Part shown: positions 57,302 through 64,000 of the stretch, piece after piece
Numbering within the stretch: the stretch's first letter is position 1
Layout: every line of letters begins with the position of its first letter
Source: an uncultured Gemmatimonadales bacterium
GTDB lineage: Bacteria > Gemmatimonadota > Gemmatimonadetes > Palauibacterales > Palauibacteraceae
Direction: 5' to 3'
Length of the DNA stretch: 64,000 nucleotides
Assembly: GCA_963783385.1 (NCBI GenBank)
Contig: CAWANJ010000001.1
Location: 96,001 to 160,000, forward strand
Position numbers and translations under genes: made by a program
Notes under the pieces: model-generated
What the model saw: only the letters and a program-made list of their open reading frames with translations
What the model was told of the DNA's origin: nothing
Databases searched by the model: none

Positions 57302-58858
57302 ATGGACGGCCTCGCCTCCCTCTCCGAACTGTACGAGGCGACCCGCGAAATCGGACTGAGCGACGACCTCGACGGTCTCATCGACAGCATTCTCGAGCGC
57401 GCGCAGGAGCTGGTCGGCTTCGAGCACTGCGCCCTGATGCTTCGCGATCCCGAGACCGACGAGCTCGCCGTGGTGCGCGCTCGCGGCTACGGCTCGCGCC
57501 GGGAGGAGGTCCTGGGTCTCAGACTGCGGTCGGGCGATGGCATCTCCGGCCGCTGTGCCAGGGACCGTCAGGCCATCCGGGTCGGCGACGTGCGGGAGGA
57601 TCCCACCTACGTGGTCGGGCTCGACAGCGCACGCTCCAACCTCGCCGTCCCGCTCGTCCTCGGGAAGGACGTGGTGGGCGTGCTCAACGTGGAGTCGGAT
57701 CGACTCGACGCCTTCACGAGGACGCACGAGGAGCTCCTCACGGTGCTCGGCGCGCAGGCCGCCCTGGCCATCTCGGCCGCGCGGGATCGCGACCGGCTCC
57801 GCGACCGCATTCGCCAGCTGGACGCCCTCTACCGGATCAGCCGGGTCTCCAACCAGCAGAGTGACCTTGACGAGACCCTGCGTGCCATCCTCGAGATCGC
57901 GTGTGAGCTGTCCCCCGACAGCGACTGCCACATGGCCTTCCTGCTCGTCGACCCCGAGACCGGGCACCTCCGGGTGCGGGCCGCGCGCGGCTACGGTCCG
58001 GGGCTCGAGGACCTCCGCATCCCCCTGGGTCAAGGCGTGACGGGACGGTGCGCCGCCACGGGTCGGGCGCTCATCGTCGGGGACGTCAGCCGGGAGACCT
58101 CGTACATCACCGGGGTGCCGGGGGGGAGGAGCGAGATCGCCGTACCGCTGGTCGTCGACGGCGAGGTGACGGGGGTGCTCGACGCCGAGTCCCGGCAGCC
58201 ACAGGCGTTCGGGCCGGAAAGCGAACGCACGCTGACCGTGATCGCCCAGCAGGCCGCGGCCGTGATCCAGACCGTGCAGCTCCACGAGGAAGCCCGCCGC
58301 CTGGCCGTGACCGATCCGCTCACCGGCCTCCACAATCGCCGCTTCTTCCTGGATCGTCTCATCGAGCACCTGCAGCGCGCCGAGCGCTACGGCGAGAAGC
58401 TGGCGCTCCTCCTGCTCGACTTCGATTACCTGAAGGAAGTCAACGACTTCCATGGACATCAGGTGGGGGACCGTGCCCTGCGCGCCGTGGGGAGGCTCCT
58501 GGAGTCCTGCCTCCGGGAGAGCGACGAGGTGGCCCGCATCGGCGGCGACGAATTCGCGGCGGTGCTGCTGCAGGCGGACGGAGCACTGATCGAGACGGTC
58601 CACGACCGCATGCGCGCCGCCATCGACGGGCTCGAGCTCCAGGACGACGACGGTCAGCCACTCCAGATCTCGCTGTCGGCCGGCGTCGCTTTCTTCCCGG
58701 ACGATGCCGACGGCCCCGATCTGCTCCTGCAGCGCGCCGACGAAGCGCTGTACCGTGCCAAGCGACGCGGCCGGAACCAGATCGCCGTATACGATCCTAC
58801 CCGAGTGCTCCCCCCGGCGGGAGATGCCGGCCGGGCCGCCCGGCTGCGAGCGGAGTGA
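57302..58858 (+). CDS. Diguanylate cyclase with two GAF domains
   Basis: Two similar GAF repeats; TDPLTGLHNRR, ND.HGH.VGD, RESD I-site, RIGGDEF. Start uncertain (57272, 57280 or 57302). Confidence 0.92.
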   Translation: MDGLASLSELYEATREIGLSDDLDGLIDSILERAQELVGFEHCALMLRDPETDELAVVRARGYGSRREEVLGLRLRSGDGISGRCARDRQAIRVGDVREDPTYVVGLDSARSNLAVPLVLGKDVVGVLNVESDRLDAFTRTHEELLTVLGAQAALAISAARDRDRLRDRIRQLDALYRISRVSNQQSDLDETLRAILEIACELSPDSDCHMAFLLVDPETGHLRVRAARGYGPGLEDLRIPLGQGVTGRCAATGRALIVGDVSRETSYITGVPGGRSEIAVPLVVDGEVTGVLDAESRQPQAFGPESERTLTVIAQQAAAVIQTVQLHEEARRLAVTDPLTGLHNRRFFLDRLIEHLQRAERYGEKLALLLLDFDYLKEVNDFHGHQVGDRALRAVGRLLESCLRESDEVARIGGDEFAAVLLQADGALIETVHDRMRAAIDGLELQDDDGQPLQISLSAGVAFFPDDADGPDLLLQRADEALYRAKRRGRNQIAVYDPTRVLPPAGDAGRAARLRAE

Positions 58859-58952
58859 CGCCCGCACGTCCTCGACCGGACCGGAACTTGCTAGAACGAG
58901 GCCGAGGCGAGGCGCATCGACCATCGCGGGCCGCATCGATCCGGGAGGACCC

Positions 58953-59282
58953 ATGGCGACACAGCTGGCACAGAAGGAATGCGTGCCCTGCAAGGGGGGC
59001 GTGCCTCCCCTCGAGGGCCAGGAGCTCGCCGAGCTGCTCGAGGAGCTCGGCGGTGGCTGGGACGTCATCGAAGGGCATCACCTCGAGAAGGAGTTCGAGT
59101 TCGAGGACTTCGCCGGAGCCCTCGATCTGGTCAACCGCATCGGTGCCCTGGCGGAGGAGCAGGGGCATCACCCCGACCTCTTCCTGAGCTGGGGCCTGGT
59201 GAGGGTGCAGATCTGGACGCACAAGATCGACGGCCTCACCGAGAGCGACTTCATCCTCGCCGCCAAGATCGAAGAGCTGTAG
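58953..59282 (+). CDS. Pterin-4-alpha-carbinolamine dehydratase
   Basis: CVPC.GG, AEEQGHHPDL, THKIDGLTESDFILAAK; GGAGG RBS. Confidence 0.93.
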   Translation: MATQLAQKECVPCKGGVPPLEGQELAELLEELGGGWDVIEGHHLEKEFEFEDFAGALDLVNRIGALAEEQGHHPDLFLSWGLVRVQIWTHKIDGLTESDFILAAKIEEL

Positions 59283-59301
59283 TCGGTCCGACGAGGGTCC
59301 G

Positions 59302-60432
59302 CTGGCACCTCTTCGCATAGCCTTCCTGGACTCCTGGCACGCCGACCCCGCGCGCGGTAGCGGCTCGGCGGTGGCCATCGGCGGCCTGGGGCGTGCGCTG
59401 GAAGCCCTGGGCCACGAGGTGGTCGTGCACGCCCCGGGGCGCCGCACGGGCCGGACCCTGTCACGGCTTCGCTTCAACCTCGCGCTGAAACGTTTCCGGG
59501 GCCACGACTTCGACCTGGTCGTCGGCTTCGACCTGGACGGTTGCTGGCTGCCCGCGCTGCGGGGGCCCACCCGGGTGACGTCGCTCAAGGGCGTCATGGC
59601 GGACGAGATGCGGTTCGAGCGCGGCCCGACCCGTCTGCAGTTCCGCCTCCTTTCCCGGCTCGAAGGGCGCAATGCTCGCGCCGCGGACGTGGTACTCGTC
59701 ACGAGCCGCTACAGCCGTGAGGTGGCCATCGCAGCGTACCGCCTCGACCCGGACAGGGTGAAGGTCGTCCCGGAGGGCATCGAGCTGGGCCTGTGGCCGG
59801 ATCCCGCCTCCGGGGGCGAGAGCTCGAAGCGGCGCGGGGAGGAGCCCGCCCGCCGCGCGATCGACAGGCGACGTCCGGTGGTCCTCAACGTGGCGCGCCA
59901 CTACCGGCGCAAGGACACCGGCACCCTCCTGCGCGCCATGGTCGGGGTGGTGGACGCCCTCCCGAACGCCGAGCTCCGCATCGTCGGGGCGGGGCCCGAG
60001 CTCCGGGCGCATCGAACGCTGGCCCGCGACCTCGGCCTCACGGATTCGGTCCGGTTCCTGGGCGAGATGGCGGACCGCGACGCCGTGCGGCGCGAGTACG
60101 CGGCCGCCGACGTGTTCGCGCTCCCGAGCCTCCAGGAGGGGTTCGGCATCGTGTTCCTCGAGGCGATGGCCTCCCGCCTGCCGGTCGTAGCGGCCCGGGC
60201 GGGCGCGGCACCCGAGGTGGTTCCCGACGGGGAAGCGGGCCTGCTGGTCCCACCGGGGGATCCCCGGGCCCTCGCCGAGGCCGTCACACGGCTCCTCGGG
60301 GATCCCGAGCTACGGGCGCGGATGGGCGCGGCAGGCCGGCGCCGCGCCGAGACCTTCGACTGGGCGCGAGTGGCGGCCCGATTCCTGGACGCGACGCGGC
60401 TCGTGCGGGAGAGCGCCGCTCCGCGCCCCTGA
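59302..60432 (+). CDS. Glycosyltransferase family 4 protein
   Basis: LRIAFLDSW N-terminal strand, RRKD, PSLQEGFGIVFLEAMA. Start probably CTG 59302. Confidence 0.9.
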   Translation: MAPLRIAFLDSWHADPARGSGSAVAIGGLGRALEALGHEVVVHAPGRRTGRTLSRLRFNLALKRFRGHDFDLVVGFDLDGCWLPALRGPTRVTSLKGVMADEMRFERGPTRLQFRLLSRLEGRNARAADVVLVTSRYSREVAIAAYRLDPDRVKVVPEGIELGLWPDPASGGESSKRRGEEPARRAIDRRRPVVLNVARHYRRKDTGTLLRAMVGVVDALPNAELRIVGAGPELRAHRTLARDLGLTDSVRFLGEMADRDAVRREYAAADVFALPSLQEGFGIVFLEAMASRLPVVAARAGAAPEVVPDGEAGLLVPPGDPRALAEAVTRLLGDPELRARMGAAGRRRAETFDWARVAARFLDATRLVRESAAPRP

Positions 60433-60563
60433 GCGGCAGCCCCGCGACCCGTGGGCTTGTGAGCGGGGTCCGTGGTTCCGAGTTTTCGTGCACGGCGGAC
60501 ACGTTTCGTGAAGGGCACTCTCTCGATCCGCCGATCCAGCCCCCGCACGCGAAAGATACGCCG

Positions 60564-62489
60564 ATGGGCCAGGACGTCAGCGAGGTCACGGGCGGAGGCG
60601 AGGGCCTTCGCCGCTTCACCCGCCACCTGCTGCGCGACATGGAGGCCCTCGAGACCCTGCTGGAGAGCGACCTCATGGAGCGCGGGCTCAGCCGCATCGG
60701 CGTCGAGCAAGAGGCCTTCCTGGTCGATCGCCACTGGCGTCCCGCGCCGGTGTCCGATGCCGTGCTCGCGGCGGTGGATGATCCACGCGTCGTTCCCGAG
60801 CTCGCTCGCTTCAACATCGAGTTCAACGCCGAGCCACTCCCGTTCGAGGGGGACTGCCTGCGCCGTCTGCACGAGCGGATGCGGGTGCTGCTCGGGGAGA
60901 TCCACCGGGCCGCCCACGAGGCGGGCGCCGAGGTGCTGCTCACCGGCATCCTGCCGACCATCAAGCGCTCCGACTTGACGCTGGAGGCGATGACGCCCCG
61001 GGAGCGCTATCGGCTCCTGAACGAGACGCTCACCCGGCTGCAGAAAGGTGCGTTCGAGTTCTACATCCGGGGTCCGGATGAGCTGCAGCTCCGGCACGAC
61101 TCGATGATGGTGGAGGCGGCCAACACGAGCTTCCAGGTCCACTTCCAGGTCGACCCGGAGAGCTTCGCGCGGCTGTACAACGTGGCCCAGGCCGTGGCGG
61201 GTCCCGTGCTGGCCGTATCCGCCAACTCGCCGCTCCTGTTCGGGAAGCGGCTGTGGCGGGAGACCCGCATCGCCCTGTTCCAGCAATCAGTGGACACCCG
61301 CAAGGGCAAGCCCGACCTGCGCGAGATCCCGCCCCGGGTGACGTTCGGGAGCCGCTGGGTGGAGCGTTCGGTCCTCGAGATCTTCCGAGAGGACATCTCG
61401 CGCTTCAAGTCCCTGTTCGGCACCGAGGTGGAGGAGGACCCGTTCGAGGCCATCGAGGCCGGCCGGGCTCCGGCGCTCGAGGCCCTCACCCTTCACAACG
61501 GAACGGTGTACCGCTGGAACCGGCCCTGCTACGGCCTATCGGGCAACGGGCGGGCCCACCTTCGGATCGAGAACCGCATCCTGCCCTCCGGACCCACCCT
61601 CGTAGACGAGATCGCCAACGCGGCCCTGTGGTTCGGGCTGCTCAGAAGCGTGCCGGAGGAGTACGGGGACATCAGCCGGGTCATGGACTTCCACGACGCA
61701 CGGGGCAACTTCATCGCGGCCGCCAAGTTGGGCATCGGAGCCAACCTGTCCTGGCCGGGTGGCGGCGCGGGTGCGGACGCGCTCATGCGAGACCGACTGC
61801 TCCCGATGGCCCGGGATGGGCTCCGGGAAGCGGGCATCGACGACGCGGACGTGGAGCGGTACCTGGGTGCGGTGCGGCAGCGGGTCGAACGCAAGCGCAC
61901 GGGAGCTTCCTGGCTCCTGGAGTCGCTCGGTGGGATGGGCCGACAGGGCACGCCCGAGGAGCGGCTGCGGGCCCTGACCGGAGCGATCGCCGCGCGGCAG
62001 CGGTCCGACACGCCGGTGGCCGAATGGGAGATGGCGACGCTGGACGAGGGAGGGGGCTGGAAGCCGGGCTTCCAGCGACTCGAGGACTTCATGACCACCG
62101 ACCTGCTCACGGTGAACGAGCACGAAGCGGTAGAGCTGGTGGCCAACCTGATGGTGTGGCACAAGATACGATACGTGCCCGTCGAGGATGACGATCACCG
62201 CCTCGTGGGGCTCGTCACGGACCGCACGCTGCTACGCTTCCTGACCGGGGACGGCTACCGGCGAGCCGAGGGCTCGGTCGCGGTGTCGGACGTCATGCAC
62301 GAGGAGCTGATCACGGCCTCGCCCGACACGCCAACCCTGGAAGCGGTCTCCACCATGAGGAGGCACGGCGTGGCCTGCCTCCCGGTCGTGCACGACGGGC
62401 GGCTGGTCGGCCTGGTGACGGAGCGCGACTTCCTCGGCGTGGCGGGACAGCTCCTGGAGAGCGGTCTCGAGGACGGAGGCGATTCCTGA
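60564..62489 (+). CDS. Glutamate--cysteine ligase-like (GCS2) protein with C-terminal CBS pair
   Basis: IGVEQE.FLVD, ELARFNIEFN, NTSFQVHFQV, HNGTVYRWNRPCY, HLRIENR; CBS motifs at the C-terminus. Confidence 0.88.
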   Translation: MGQDVSEVTGGGEGLRRFTRHLLRDMEALETLLESDLMERGLSRIGVEQEAFLVDRHWRPAPVSDAVLAAVDDPRVVPELARFNIEFNAEPLPFEGDCLRRLHERMRVLLGEIHRAAHEAGAEVLLTGILPTIKRSDLTLEAMTPRERYRLLNETLTRLQKGAFEFYIRGPDELQLRHDSMMVEAANTSFQVHFQVDPESFARLYNVAQAVAGPVLAVSANSPLLFGKRLWRETRIALFQQSVDTRKGKPDLREIPPRVTFGSRWVERSVLEIFREDISRFKSLFGTEVEEDPFEAIEAGRAPALEALTLHNGTVYRWNRPCYGLSGNGRAHLRIENRILPSGPTLVDEIANAALWFGLLRSVPEEYGDISRVMDFHDARGNFIAAAKLGIGANLSWPGGGAGADALMRDRLLPMARDGLREAGIDDADVERYLGAVRQRVERKRTGASWLLESLGGMGRQGTPEERLRALTGAIAARQRSDTPVAEWEMATLDEGGGWKPGFQRLEDFMTTDLLTVNEHEAVELVANLMVWHKIRYVPVEDDDHRLVGLVTDRTLLRFLTGDGYRRAEGSVAVSDVMHEELITASPDTPTLEAVSTMRRHGVACLPVVHDGRLVGLVTERDFLGVAGQLLESGLEDGGDS

Positions 62490-62549
62490 CCGGGTCGTCG
62501 GCGGGACGGCTGGCGCGGCGGCAAGCCGCGCGAGAAGGGAGCCCCGGCC

Positions 62550-63806
62550 TCAGAAGCCGCGTAGCTCGATCGCCTCCTGCACCCGGGACACGGCCAGCTC
62601 GTAGGCCGCCAACCGGTAGTCGACCCCCTCCTCCCGGGCCCGGCCCCTCACCTCCCGCCAGGCCCGCCCCAGGATCCGCTCCAGGTCACCGTTGACGCGC
62701 TCGACGTCCCAGCGCATGCGCTCACGGTTCTGCACCCACTCCAGGTAGGAGACGATCACCCCACCGGCGTTGGCCAGGATGTCCGGGATCACGGGAACGC
62801 CACGCTCCACGAGGATGGCGTGCGCCTCGCAGGTCGACGGAAGGTTGGCGGCCTCGACCACGAGCCGGGCCCGGACATCCCCGGCGTTCCCTCCGTGGAG
62901 CACGCTCTCGATGGCGGCCGGGATGAGGACATCGACATCCAGGGTGAGGAGATCTTCGTTCGAGACAGGCTCCCCGGGCACTCCGGCCTCGGCGATCGGC
63001 AGCTCGCCGTCCCGGGCACGAGCCTCGAACAGGGCATCGATGTCCAGCCCTCGCTCTCGGTAGAGGCCGCCGTGGACGTCGCTGACCGCCACGACGCGCG
63101 CTCCGAGCCCCGCGAGGAAGCGGGCGGCGTGGCTGCCGACGTTTCCGAAGCCCTGGATCGCCACCGCGGCGCTCCCCAGCTCCAGTCCCTCCTCCTCGCA
63201 GGCCCATGCCGTGACCATCGACACGCCCCGCCCCGTGGCCTCGGTGCGGCCGAGGGAGCCCCCGAGCTGGATCGGCTTCCCGGTGACCACGCCGGGCTCG
63301 TAGCCGTGCCGGACCGCGTAGGCATCGAAGATCCACGCCATCTGGCGGGAGCCCGTCCCCACGTCCGGCGCCGGGATGTCGCGGTTCGGGCCGATGACCT
63401 CGTCCATCCTCTCGGTGAAGCGCTTCGTCAGGGTCTCGAGCTCGGAGGCCGTGAGCTCGTGCGGGTCGCAGTCGATGCCACCCTTGGCCCCCCCGAACGG
63501 AATGTCCGCGACGGCCGTCTTCCAGGTCATCACGGCCGCGAGGGCCCGGAAGTGGTCCATGTCGACGGAGGGATGGAACCGGAGGCCGCCCTTGAAGGGC
63601 CCGCGAGCGTTGTCGTGCTGGACCCGGTAGCCCGCGTAGACCCGGAGCTCGCCGCCCTCGCGCACCAGGGGCAACTCGACCATCACCTCGCGATAGGGAC
63701 CGCGCAGGAGCTGGCGCATGGACGGCGTGAGCTCGAGTCGATCCAGGGCCGCATCGAGGAAGGTGTCGCTGCACTCGAGCGGCGAATGCGGGCCGGAGTC
63801 AGGCAT
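62550..63806 (-). CDS. gdhA: Glu/Leu/Phe/Val dehydrogenase (glutamate dehydrogenase)
   Basis: GYRVQH..ARGP.KGGLRF, GGAKGG, DIPAPD, GR.EATGRG, QGFGNVG, DILANAGGV.VSYLEW.QN. Confidence 0.93.
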   Translation of the reverse strand: MPDSGPHSPLECSDTFLDAALDRLELTPSMRQLLRGPYREVMVELPLVREGGELRVYAGYRVQHDNARGPFKGGLRFHPSVDMDHFRALAAVMTWKTAVADIPFGGAKGGIDCDPHELTASELETLTKRFTERMDEVIGPNRDIPAPDVGTGSRQMAWIFDAYAVRHGYEPGVVTGKPIQLGGSLGRTEATGRGVSMVTAWACEEEGLELGSAAVAIQGFGNVGSHAARFLAGLGARVVAVSDVHGGLYRERGLDIDALFEARARDGELPIAEAGVPGEPVSNEDLLTLDVDVLIPAAIESVLHGGNAGDVRARLVVEAANLPSTCEAHAILVERGVPVIPDILANAGGVIVSYLEWVQNRERMRWDVERVNGDLERILGRAWREVRGRAREEGVDYRLAAYELAVSRVQEAIELRGF

Positions 63807-64000
63807 GGAGAGGTCCTCTTCGAAGGGAGCGTGGCATCCGGCGCGGCCGGCTCACCCGGCCGCGTTCGTTCGGGACGGTTCGTCGGCGTCGGAGAATCCC
63901 GGTCAGGATCTGTCGCCGGAGGGGCTGCCGCCCGATCGGCGGCCCTTCCAAAGGGCGGCCAGCAATCCCCCCGCGGCCGCGAGCGCCGCCGCCCAGCCGA

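Overview
Very GC-rich bacterial chromosomal segment. The Gemmatimonadota-style SusC/SusD pairs, barrel-less plug-domain protein, DUF5916 protein and small lipoproteins suggest Gemmatimonadota, which is an inference. I called 51 CDSs and saw no rRNA, tRNA, CRISPR array or intact mobile element. Most long ORFs in the six-frame track are antisense or frame shadows. Content: a truncated aconitase, an S9 peptidase, a bactofilin, an ECF sigma/anti-sigma operon, AddAB, a redox/hydrolase operon, a ~21 kb nutrient-uptake locus (DUF5916, CocE/NonD, two SusC/SusD pairs, multicopper oxidase, His-rich beta-propeller, GntR), TrxC, LemA/DUF2207, a GAF-GAF-GGDEF protein, a GCL-CBS protein and Glu dehydrogenase. 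Best finding: the two short ORFs at 24707-24901 and 24413-24706 are one OsmC/Ohr-like gene. It has an in-frame UGA at the catalytic Cys position followed by a SECIS-like hairpin, so it is a probable selenoprotein, and it lies between two paralogous lipoprotein genes. Also notable: divergent sigma70 promoters overlapped by a repeated G(T/C)ATACCG operator that links SusCD, the copper-oxidase operon and CocE (putative GntR regulon); an aconitase with Ser replacing one Fe-S Cys; two probable CTG starts; and four +1 frameshifts that are probably sequencing errors.
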